Assembly (NCBI GenBank): GCA_015067075.1
Contig: SVND01000003.1
Coordinates: 20,632 to 84,631 of the forward strand
Length of the DNA: 64,000 nt
From: Oscillospiraceae bacterium
GTDB taxonomy: Bacteria; Bacillota; Clostridia; Oscillospirales; SIG530
Reading direction: 5' to 3'
The notes under the pieces are model-generated. The model saw nothing but the letters and a program-made list of their open reading frames with translations. It did not search any database and was not told the DNA's origin. Below are positions 18,393 to 27,365 of the stretch, piece by piece (within the stretch, counting starts at the first letter, position 1; each line of letters starts with the position of its first letter). The position numbers and the translations under genes are program-made.

Positions 18393-20774
18393 TTATACAA
18401 AGATCCATGAAACAATTAAAACAGGTATTGTCCATATGATCTGATAAAGCAAGGCAAGATGCGGCTCTATATGCTCAGGTGTTCCCGTATAAAGCATTAA
18501 AAGCGCGATTGCAAGCCCGACTATCATCGTTATTATCTGCAATATCGTATTAAAAGTTATGGTCATTTTCAGCTTCGGAGCTGAAATTATGGCATGGATT
18601 ATTCCAAGGGGGTTTGTACCGAATATTCCCGCCCGTATGACAGACTTTTCAGCCGTTTTTTCGCTTATATCATATGCGGCGCTTTTTGAAAGCATTACGG
18701 CAGGGCAATCAAGAACACGTTGTTTAAGTGATATCATTTCCGCCGATACATCGTGGCTTCTTGCGTCTACAAGCATTTGCAGATCATCATTTACAAGCGC
18801 TTTAATTGTCTTTTGTACAACCTTACAGCCTGAATATTTTACAATGAAAATAGCGGCGATAAAGCCGTTTGCCGCAACAAAAAGCACGTTACTTCCACCT
18901 GACGCGGCTTTGCCCTCGTAATTATCAGGCGGTACCCATACGTTGTATTTACGCATAAGCTCTCGGCTTCCCGCAAGATACCAAACGCCACGGTATCTGC
19001 CCGTAACGCCCATACCCTCTTCATAATCGGCGGCATCGACACGTTCAAAAGCCTCACCGTCAACCATTTTCGTAAACGCATGGCAAATAGGGCTTGATAT
19101 TTCTGTAAATATAGCGGCGCACGCCTCAACGACCTTATCTATTTTCGTTTCATCAAGCATTTTCATGCCTGTGATAGTGACCGTGCCCTTCGGAAACAGT
19201 TCAATATCCTTAACTGTTACCGCTTCTATCTGACTTGCTTTTTCGCAAGCAGATATACCGCCGACAGCCGCTCCTTTAGTACGCATACGCTTTGCAAAAC
19301 GCACCATGGGGATACCGCTCGCTATTCCCATCGCCGCAGGGCTTGCTATAGCAAGCATCATTGAAAGCGTATAAAGCACCGGAATTTTTAAAAGTATATA
19401 GCACGCCGCTGAAGCAAGACCGATTATCAATAGAATAATCGGTGTTACAGCATACGCAGCACGGGAATTTTGTGCAGGCTCATATGCGTTTGAAATAACA
19501 GACGAGATAAATCCTGTTTTTCGCATGGCCGCAATATTTTTCGTGCCGTTCGATACCTGTCTGCAGGTAACACGCTTAACGGTATACATATTTTTTCTAC
19601 TGAGCGATATTGATAAATTGCTTTTGGCAAACTTCGCCTGTTGCATACGTGAATTTATACAAAGCCAAAGAGCAAAAACAGCCGATGCATTGTAAAAGCC
19701 TGTTGTAAGCATATCTGCAGGCGATGTGAAAAATACGAACGCATTGTGACCGACAGTACAAATCACCGACAGCGCCGCCATTGTTTCCCAGCCCATTCTG
19801 AAACGGAAAATATCCGCAATTCCTGAAATTATTATGTCAATGCACGTTAAAATTGCTATTCCCGTCGGTATTACAAGCAAAGCAAACGCGCAAAGCGCTG
19901 TTTCGCTTGGGAAAAGCTTTTCAGCCGCAAACTGAATCATTTGTGGGAAAAAGGCAAATACCAACAAAAGAGCCAAGAGCATAAAGCAGAAAAGGCTTCT
20001 TTGTGACAGCGATAATTCAAGCTGTGATATTCTGTATTCAGCCTCGCTTCCGTTATACATCGAGGTGCATTCGGGAACGGGAATGCTGTAAGTATACGTT
20101 TTGCGTATTTTTTCTCGCGGCTTTTTTTCAGAAAATGTTTTTGTTCTGGGTTCCGAAAATCCTCTATATATAGGTGCGTTTTTATGTTTATTTGCCGATT
20201 TTCCGCGGCTTTTTTGATTTTTCGAGGATTTTTTTCTTATTATTTCTTCTTTTTGCCCCGTATTTTTTTGACTTTTTACGTTTTTTTGCTGTTTTTCGGC
20301 TGTTTTTTCAAAAAATTCAGGCTTGCCTTGCGTTTTTTTCGTCCCTTCTGTCTTCCTGTTGCCTTGCGCTTGCGACTGTACTTTTCGAGACTGCGCCTCA
20401 GCTTTCGCCTTCACATCAGGCTGAGGAGCTTGTTTTTCCATCGCCTTTTTTGCAGGCATAAAAGCAGCGAAATCATAATCCTTTTCTTCTTTTTTCGGCT
20501 CTTGCTCACGTATCGTTTTTACGCGTATATCGCCCTCAACGCCCACGCTTTCAAAAGAAAAACCCATTTTCTTTGCCGCATCGTCAAAGCTTTTATCCGC
20601 ATCACCCATGTCCATCGAGGAAAGGATGCTTTCTATGCTCGCCGCCGCAGTTTCTCTGACACGCAGATTTTCACGGCGCATTGCGTCAACATCCCTGCGA
20701 ATATCGTCATATCTGCCGTTTTTGTGGCGTTGCTGTTCAATTATTTGATTTACGTCGTATTTTTCAACGCCCAA
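18393..20774 (-). CDS. Membrane protein with a degenerate P1B-ATPase-like fold and a long charged N-terminus
   Basis: Colinear remnants of P1B motifs, but no DKTGT, CPC, TGE or GDGxND (see findings). Confidence 0.65.
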   Translation of the reverse strand: MGVEKYDVNQIIEQQRHKNGRYDDIRRDVDAMRRENLRVRETAAASIESILSSMDMGDADKSFDDAAKKMGFSFESVGVEGDIRVKTIREQEPKKEEKDYDFAAFMPAKKAMEKQAPQPDVKAKAEAQSRKVQSQAQGNRKTEGTKKTQGKPEFFEKTAEKQQKNVKSQKNTGQKEEIIRKKSSKNQKSRGKSANKHKNAPIYRGFSEPRTKTFSEKKPREKIRKTYTYSIPVPECTSMYNGSEAEYRISQLELSLSQRSLFCFMLLALLLVFAFFPQMIQFAAEKLFPSETALCAFALLVIPTGIAILTCIDIIISGIADIFRFRMGWETMAALSVICTVGHNAFVFFTSPADMLTTGFYNASAVFALWLCINSRMQQAKFAKSNLSISLSRKNMYTVKRVTCRQVSNGTKNIAAMRKTGFISSVISNAYEPAQNSRAAYAVTPIILLIIGLASAACYILLKIPVLYTLSMMLAIASPAAMGIASGIPMVRFAKRMRTKGAAVGGISACEKASQIEAVTVKDIELFPKGTVTITGMKMLDETKIDKVVEACAAIFTEISSPICHAFTKMVDGEAFERVDAADYEEGMGVTGRYRGVWYLAGSRELMRKYNVWVPPDNYEGKAASGGSNVLFVAANGFIAAIFIVKYSGCKVVQKTIKALVNDDLQMLVDARSHDVSAEMISLKQRVLDCPAVMLSKSAAYDISEKTAEKSVIRAGIFGTNPLGIIHAIISAPKLKMTITFNTILQIITMIVGLAIALLMLYTGTPEHIEPHLALLYQIIWTIPVLIVSWIFV

Positions 20775-20813
20775 AAACTTTACACTTCTTTCTTAATAAA
20801 TTTGACCTCAACT

Positions 20814-21569
20814 TTACTGTGCAGACTGTCTTACAGCCTCATACATGATTATAGCTCCCGCTACGGAAGCATTGAGCGACGTTATCTCACCGCGCATGGG
20901 AATAGATACGACTCCGTCGCAGGCACTTCTGACAAGGCGCGATACGCCGCTTCCCTCGCCGCCGACAACAATAGCCACCGCGCCGCGAAGGTCGGCTTTA
21001 TAATACGGCACTCCGCCAACGTCAGCCGCGTACACCCATACGCCTGCCTCCTTAAGCTCTTCTATCGCCGCCGTTATATTCGTAACCTTTGCAACAGCCA
21101 TATACTCCAGCGCGCCTGCCGCCGCCTTTGAAACGGAAGGGGTAAGTCCTACTGCACGGTGACGCGGTACAATAACACCGTGGACACCTGCCGTAGACGC
21201 CGTCCTTATGAGCGCACCCAAATTGTGTGGGTCTTCAATTCCGTCAGTCACAAGCACAAAGGGCTTTTCCCCTCTTTGCTTTGCAATATCAAGTATATCA
21301 GCAACTGTGCAATATTCCTTTTGCGCGCAAAGAGCCGCAACGCCTTGATGCTCAGCTATTCCGCTTACGTGAGCAAGCTTTACCTGAGGCACTTCAACAA
21401 CAGGTATTCCTCTTTCCTTTGCCATGGCAATTATTCTTACTATACTTCCTTCACGCTGTCCGTTGGCAATAAGTATTTTATCCACAGTTCTTCCGCTTTT
21501 TAAAACCTCAATAACAGGGTTTCTACCGGCAATATATGCAGATTCAAAGTTTTCCATAGTATTCCTCAT
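20814..21569 (-). CDS. rlmB: 23S rRNA Gm2251 methyltransferase (SpoU family)
   Basis: GRNPVIE, HQGVAA, DPHNLGALIRT, GGEGSG, SLNASVA. Confidence 0.93.
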   Translation of the reverse strand: MRNTMENFESAYIAGRNPVIEVLKSGRTVDKILIANGQREGSIVRIIAMAKERGIPVVEVPQVKLAHVSGIAEHQGVAALCAQKEYCTVADILDIAKQRGEKPFVLVTDGIEDPHNLGALIRTASTAGVHGVIVPRHRAVGLTPSVSKAAAGALEYMAVAKVTNITAAIEELKEAGVWVYAADVGGVPYYKADLRGAVAIVVGGEGSGVSRLVRSACDGVVSIPMRGEITSLNASVAGAIIMYEAVRQSAQ

Positions 21570-22636
21570 TATTTATAATAGCCGTATTTATTTACGCATT
21601 CGTACATACGCACAACATTTTCCGTCGGGGAATTATCCTGAATCTGATGCGTTGGAGAAAGGCAATAGCCACCGCCCGGCATCATTATTTCAAGCGTTTC
21701 CTTTACGTTTTTCTCAACATCGTCTGCCGTTCCGTAAGCCAAGGGGCCTGCCGTAGAGATACAGCCGTGGAACGCAAGCTTATCGCCGTATGTTTTCTTT
21801 ATATATGCAGGCTCCATATTTGCCGCCTCGGGCTGAAGCGTATCAATAACAGTTATGCCCATATCAATGAAATATTTAAATGCCCAGCTTGACGAGCCGC
21901 AGCAATGCATCATAACGTCCTTGCCGTATGACTTTGCAAGGTCAACAAACTTTTTGTGGATAGGCATTATATGCTTGATATAAAGCTCGTCGCTGATAAA
22001 CTGACCGCGCTGTGTTCCAAGGTCCTCGCCCATACGCATTACAGTTATGTAGTCGCCGCATTTATCAAGCAAACGCTCCATAATACCGAATTCTGCATCC
22101 GTTCTGCGCTTTGCAAGCAAAAGTCCTGCTTCATCATCTGTAGCAAGATCTATAAGAGTTTGCTCCATGCCACGCAAAAAGCCGTTGGAATTTATTACGC
22201 AGGCGTTGCCGTCGCCGCCGATAGCCAAAGCCATATCCTTATTGGCTTTTGCATATTCAAGCGCTGTATCATAATCAAAATCGTCGGGGTTCGGCACGGG
22301 AAACGCTTCGATCTCCTCTACCTCGGCAAATTCCAACGGGAAGTCGCAATAATCCCAATATCCGCCTGAATCATTTTCTATCCATCGCGTTGTAAAGCCC
22401 CAAATAGGATCAACGTTTCTGTCAGGTCTTTTTGCAAAATGCAAAGGCTTTCCCGTATATCTCGGCCACAAAAAACGGAAGTCAACCTGAAGCGCCTTTA
22501 AAAGCTCCTCATGGTCTTTCGCCTTATAATGCTTTATAAGTCTGTTATAAATATCCTGATTATAGGAAAAATCAACAGGTACTCTGTCGGGTATCTCATG
22601 GTGAAACGCTTTTAACACTCTTTCACGGCTTGTCAT
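21569..22636 (-). CDS. URO-D/MtaA-CmuA-like family protein
   Basis: MTSRERV...PDRVP N-terminus, EDLGTQ, HCCG, GGGYCLSPTH; the stop overlaps the rlmB start. Confidence 0.85.
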   Translation of the reverse strand: MTSRERVLKAFHHEIPDRVPVDFSYNQDIYNRLIKHYKAKDHEELLKALQVDFRFLWPRYTGKPLHFAKRPDRNVDPIWGFTTRWIENDSGGYWDYCDFPLEFAEVEEIEAFPVPNPDDFDYDTALEYAKANKDMALAIGGDGNACVINSNGFLRGMEQTLIDLATDDEAGLLLAKRRTDAEFGIMERLLDKCGDYITVMRMGEDLGTQRGQFISDELYIKHIMPIHKKFVDLAKSYGKDVMMHCCGSSSWAFKYFIDMGITVIDTLQPEAANMEPAYIKKTYGDKLAFHGCISTAGPLAYGTADDVEKNVKETLEIMMPGGGYCLSPTHQIQDNSPTENVVRMYECVNKYGYYK

Positions 22637-22655
22637 AATGTAAGTTCCTCTCGGT

Positions 22656-23612
22656 TCAAATTAAGCTTAAGCTTCTCAATAAAAATATAAATATAAAAAT
22701 TGTAAATGCGGATATTGCTGTAGTTGCCATAACTATCTGGCTCGCAAGCTGTCCGTTACAGTCAAGCTGCTCAGCCATAATATAGCTGGACACAGCCGCA
22801 GGCGAACCAAGCAAAACAAGCAACGCCGCAAGCTCGCTTGTACGGTAACCAAGCAAAACAGCCACGGCAAGCCATACGGCAGGTACTATCAGCGTGCGCA
22901 ATACAGTTGCCGCTGTCAGCGCTTTTATATTTCCGCCGAGGCTTTTGAAATCGAACTGACCACCCAAGGAGATCAGCGCCAAGGGCGTTCCGACGCTTGC
23001 AAGGCTTTTCGTCGTCAAATATATGGCTTTCGGAAGCTCAAAGCTGAACTGCAGCTTAAAAAATGAAAAAACAAGTCCCAGCAATGTTGCCACAATAAGG
23101 GGATTTTTCAGTGCTGAAACAACGAGGGAAAATACGCCTTTCTTCTCTCCGCTCCCCCCTGCGGAAAGCACGAGCACCGCCGCCACATTGAATATGGGAA
23201 TTACTATCGGAATAATCAGCGCCGCAGAAAAAACGCCTTCGCCGCCAAACATATTTTCAAGGGCAGGTATTCCGAAAAGCAGATAATTGCTCCTGAAAAT
23301 GCTCTGTATCACGACGGCTGAGCTTTTTTTATTCTTAATAAAAATCGGAACTATCAGTACAGCCAGCAGTATAGTCACCACGACCGCTCCGCCTGCGAAA
23401 GCAGGAAAGCCCCATTCAAGCTGACGGAAATTTTCGCAATAATCATAAATATTTAAAAACAAGATAGCAGGTAAAAAAAGTGAAAATGAGATTTTATTCG
23501 CCGCGGGAAAAAACTCCGCAGGTAAAATGCGGAATTTGCGCAATCCAACACCTATTATCATAAGTAAAAAAAGCGGTAAAACCACATTCAACGAAAATAC
23601 TAAATCTTCCAC
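22656..23612 (-). CDS. AEC (auxin efflux carrier) family transporter
   Basis: About 10 TM segments; FRSNY..FGIP, KNPLI, TPLALI.LG, P.AVSSYIMA. Confidence 0.88.
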   Translation of the reverse strand: MEDLVFSLNVVLPLFLLMIIGVGLRKFRILPAEFFPAANKISFSLFLPAILFLNIYDYCENFRQLEWGFPAFAGGAVVVTILLAVLIVPIFIKNKKSSAVVIQSIFRSNYLLFGIPALENMFGGEGVFSAALIIPIVIPIFNVAAVLVLSAGGSGEKKGVFSLVVSALKNPLIVATLLGLVFSFFKLQFSFELPKAIYLTTKSLASVGTPLALISLGGQFDFKSLGGNIKALTAATVLRTLIVPAVWLAVAVLLGYRTSELAALLVLLGSPAAVSSYIMAEQLDCNGQLASQIVMATTAISAFTIFIFIFLLRSLSLI

Positions 23613-23811
23613 TTGCTGTACCCTCTTTTCTTTATATTATTATACAATAAATCTTTTGCTTTGTAAATAGGAAACGCGCCGATTTTAATGATTTTATTTG
23701 CATCGGAGCACTGCGTTTTTATTTGTATAATTTTATTTTTTTATTTATTTATTGACATTTTTATTTTTTGTGTTAAAATATTTTTATAATTACATTTTAA
23801 GGAGAATAAAT

Positions 23812-24450
23812 ATGAAAAAAATCAACAGTAAAACGCGTTTTTTGTCGGTATTATCGGCACTTATGATTCTTTTGTCGGTATTTTTCCTTTGCTCCTGCTC
23901 AGCCGAGGCGGTAGAGCCTGACCTTTCGCTATACAAGGATGCACGCGGAGAAAAACTGGTGCTGTCAAGCACATCCGACCCATGGACATCTTACTTCATG
24001 GAACCCGGACTTGAGGCGTGCGTACATTTTGCCAAAGCGGCAATATCGGGAAAAATAACAGACATAAAGGTTATGGATATACCATTTACCGTATCGGAAA
24101 AGTTTGACGAAAAGATGTCGCCGGACGGAAAAGCGCCAACCTTGACAGTCACACGATATACTATCGATGTGGATAAATACTTTATCGGAAGCGGTGAAAA
24201 GCAAATAATAGTGCAGATAGCAGGCGACCTTGATTCATATGTTACAAAGCCGAAGGAAAAATGCGGCGTCGTAATGTTTTTGGACGAATATGAGGACGGT
24301 ATTTATAAGAACGCTTCGTCTGAGGACAGTATTTTTATAAAAAACTCAAAGGATAAGCTTTATTCCCTTTCCGATATTGATCAGCTTTCCGCTTACGACG
24401 GCGCAGACTTGGAAACGCTGATCAATGACACAAAAAAGCTTATTAAGTGA
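23812..24450 (+). CDS. Hypothetical exported lipoprotein
   Basis: AAGGAG RBS before ATG 23812; signal peptide ending LCSC. Confidence 0.7.
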   Translation: MKKINSKTRFLSVLSALMILLSVFFLCSCSAEAVEPDLSLYKDARGEKLVLSSTSDPWTSYFMEPGLEACVHFAKAAISGKITDIKVMDIPFTVSEKFDEKMSPDGKAPTLTVTRYTIDVDKYFIGSGEKQIIVQIAGDLDSYVTKPKEKCGVVMFLDEYEDGIYKNASSEDSIFIKNSKDKLYSLSDIDQLSAYDGADLETLINDTKKLIK

Positions 24451-24456
24451 TATACT

Positions 24457-24490
24457 CTTGCGTACCAAAAAAACGGTACGCAAGTTTTTT
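24457..24490 (+). terminator. Intrinsic terminator
   Basis: CTTGCGTACC/GGTACGCAAG then T6. Confidence 0.75.
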
Positions 24491-24557
24491 ATTTCTATAG
24501 ACAAAAAGCCGCAAATGGTGTAAAATAAATATACAGCTTTACTTATGGAGATTTGAT

Positions 24558-26810
24558 ATGAATTTTGGAAGCAGACATATTTACACTTTGAAAAAGCCCG
24601 CCTCATGGTACGGAGAAATGTGGCGTGAAGCCCTGCCCGTCGGCAACGGACTGACAGGCGCGCTAATAAGCGGCGCTATAGCGCAGGAAAGCATTATTTT
24701 TAACCGTCACGACCTTTGGCACGGCGGCAGCGATACCGAGCTTCCCGATATTTCCGATACCTTTCGGAAAATGCGCGAATATATTGACAGCGGTAATTAC
24801 ACCGATGCAAATCAGGATAATTTCATGACCGCCTTACAGGAAAAAGGCTATTGCGCCGAGGTTGAAACTCCTTATCCCCATGGCTATTTTGATATTGATC
24901 TCGTTGCCGACGGAATGTTTCATTCCTATCGCCGCGGTGTAAATATGCGCACTGGCGAAGCTTTTGTGCATTTCACCGTTAACGGCTGTACATATCAAAG
25001 ACAGCTTTTCATTTCGCGTCAAAGCGATATAGCCGTGCTTCGCATGAGTGCAGATGCACCATTTACGGCAGAATACGGCTTTCGCCTCTTCGGCGGAAAC
25101 GGCGATGAAGTCATAACGGAAAACAGCATAAAAGCCACGTCCTGCGACGGCGATACGGCAGTTAATATATTGTTTCTCGGCAAATTTACATCATCTGTGA
25201 AAAACGATCGTCTTTCCGTCACGGGGCATGATTATACCGTGCTTATCCGTTGCTCCTCCCACGGCTCCCCCTTGGAGCTTAACGATTTTCGTAACGAAAC
25301 GTACGAGTCGCTTTTGGAAAAGCATACCGCCGTTTACACTCCGCTATACGACTCCGTAACAATGGAGCTTGCGCAGGACGAGGATTTTTTACAGTCAAAC
25401 GAGCAAATGCTTGAAAATGCGTACGACAGTTGCGCTTGTCCCGCCTTACTTGAAAGGTTATGGCGTTTTGGCAGATATTTATTCATTTCAGCCGCTTCCG
25501 AAAAAGGCAATCCCGTTCCCCTGTACGGTATTTGGCACGGCGGCGACAATCTTATGTGGTCGCAATATGTGGCTAACGAAAATGTGCAAATAACGTATTG
25601 GCACGCAATGGCAGGCGGTCTGTCGTATGCCGTTGAGCCGCTCCTTCGATATTACACGTCAAAAACAGAGAAGCTGCGTGAATGCGCACGGAAATTATTC
25701 GGAATGAACGGCATTTGGGTATGTGCGTATACGACGCCAAACGTCAGCGGTGTCAGCATACCTGTAACCGTTATCGGAAATTGGATAAGCTGTGCAGGCT
25801 GGCTTTGCCGTCATTTTTGGGAGCTTTATCTTTACAGCGGCGATAATAAGCTTTTACGGGAGCAGATACTGCCTTTTATGTATGAAACGGCGCTGTTTTA
25901 CCGCGATTACGCCGTGGACGACGGCGATACTATCCGATTGTATCCGTCTGTTTCACCTGAAAACACGCCCAATAACCTTATGTCACTTCCAACCCGTGCT
26001 ACCTATGGTCATCAGTGCCCTGCCGTACAAAATTCCACGATGGATTTTGCCATAATGAAGGAGCTGCTTACAAATCTGCTCAAAGGTATTGAGCTTACGG
26101 GAATGTACGCTGATGAGGCTGACAGCTTTAGGGCGCTTATTGAAAAAATACCGCCTTATCGTATAAACGAGGACGGAGCTGTAAAGGAATGGCTTTGCGA
26201 CGATCTTGAGGATAATTACCATCATCGCCATTTATCACATATTTACCCCGTTTTTCCCGGCACAGAGGTCACTAAACATAGCGACCCGGAGCTTTTCGAG
26301 GCTTTTCGTACAGCTGTAAAGCTTCGTAAGCTCGGCAGTCAGACAGGCTGGTCGCTTGCACACATGGCAAGCATATACGCTCGCTTCGGCGACGGTGAAA
26401 GCTCGGCTGAATGCCTTGACATCATGGCGAAAAGCGTTTTGCTAAACTCCCTTTTTACCTTGCACAACGATTGGCGCAAAATGGGTATGACTTCAAGCTG
26501 GGAGGGTGCTCCCGTACAGCTTGACGCCGCTTTCGGCACAGTAAACGCGCTTCAGGAAATGCTGTTTTGCTATTTCCCGTCTGCGCTGTCCGTACTGCCT
26601 GCATTGCCTCGCCGTTTAGAAAGGGGCTTTGTACGCGGGCTCGTCTTCCCCGAGGGTAAAATAGATATTACATGGGAAAAAGACGGCAAGGTAAATGTGA
26701 CCGTATACGCAAAAAAGGAAATCGACACTGTTCTTTTGCTTGAAGGCAATCAAGTCGGACACATAAAACTGTCCTCAGGACAAAGCACGACCCTTAGCCT
26801 TTTTCGCTAA
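24558..26810 (+). CDS. GH95 family glycosidase (alpha-L-fucosidase/L-galactosidase-like), cytoplasmic
   Basis: EALPVGNG, FGRYLFIS, N-x-N, PSVSPEN, HHRHLSHIY, GWS, QLDA; no signal peptide. Confidence 0.88.
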   Translation: MNFGSRHIYTLKKPASWYGEMWREALPVGNGLTGALISGAIAQESIIFNRHDLWHGGSDTELPDISDTFRKMREYIDSGNYTDANQDNFMTALQEKGYCAEVETPYPHGYFDIDLVADGMFHSYRRGVNMRTGEAFVHFTVNGCTYQRQLFISRQSDIAVLRMSADAPFTAEYGFRLFGGNGDEVITENSIKATSCDGDTAVNILFLGKFTSSVKNDRLSVTGHDYTVLIRCSSHGSPLELNDFRNETYESLLEKHTAVYTPLYDSVTMELAQDEDFLQSNEQMLENAYDSCACPALLERLWRFGRYLFISAASEKGNPVPLYGIWHGGDNLMWSQYVANENVQITYWHAMAGGLSYAVEPLLRYYTSKTEKLRECARKLFGMNGIWVCAYTTPNVSGVSIPVTVIGNWISCAGWLCRHFWELYLYSGDNKLLREQILPFMYETALFYRDYAVDDGDTIRLYPSVSPENTPNNLMSLPTRATYGHQCPAVQNSTMDFAIMKELLTNLLKGIELTGMYADEADSFRALIEKIPPYRINEDGAVKEWLCDDLEDNYHHRHLSHIYPVFPGTEVTKHSDPELFEAFRTAVKLRKLGSQTGWSLAHMASIYARFGDGESSAECLDIMAKSVLLNSLFTLHNDWRKMGMTSSWEGAPVQLDAAFGTVNALQEMLFCYFPSALSVLPALPRRLERGFVRGLVFPEGKIDITWEKDGKVNVTVYAKKEIDTVLLLEGNQVGHIKLSSGQSTTLSLFR

Positions 26811-26874
26811 TTTATGCGCATTATAAAAACGACGAGATGCTCCGCAAGAGCTCTCGCCGTTTTTTATAAAATAC

Positions 26875-27354
26875 CTATTTAATTCTTTCATATGCTCTGC
26901 GAGGCGCACCATCCGCAAGATAAATTATCCCCACAAAGCTGAAGCCCTCGCGCAAAATCGCCTGCTGCATCGGCTTATTGTCCTCATGGGTATCGACACG
27001 CAGATGATCGTATTTTTTCTCCGCAAATTTCACGCATTCGGCAAAAACCCGGCGCTTCGTACCGTCGCTCGCCACACGGTGCAGCGTTCCGTAAGGCGCG
27101 TCAGACAGCCAATTACCGTCGATATAGCCATAAGTCGGATCTTCTCCGCCGATAAGAGCAAAACATCCGTAGATATGTCCACTATCCTCCGCCACGTAAA
27201 GCGTGCCGTTTGCCACGTCTGCCGTAAGGGTTTGCTCGTCGGGATAGCTTCCGTTCCATTGTGTCATGTTTCCGTTTCTGCGCATAAAGGCTCGCGCGCC
27301 TTCATAAATGCGCAAAAGACGTCGTATATCAGTTAATTTTGCCTTGCGTATCAT
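26875..27354 (-). CDS. GNAT family acetyltransferase
   Basis: QW..SYP, LHRVAS, RVDTHEDNKPMQ, GF...G.I. Confidence 0.85.
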   Translation of the reverse strand: MIRKAKLTDIRRLLRIYEGARAFMRRNGNMTQWNGSYPDEQTLTADVANGTLYVAEDSGHIYGCFALIGGEDPTYGYIDGNWLSDAPYGTLHRVASDGTKRRVFAECVKFAEKKYDHLRVDTHEDNKPMQQAILREGFSFVGIIYLADGAPRRAYERIK

Positions 27355-27365
27355 TTAACCATCCT

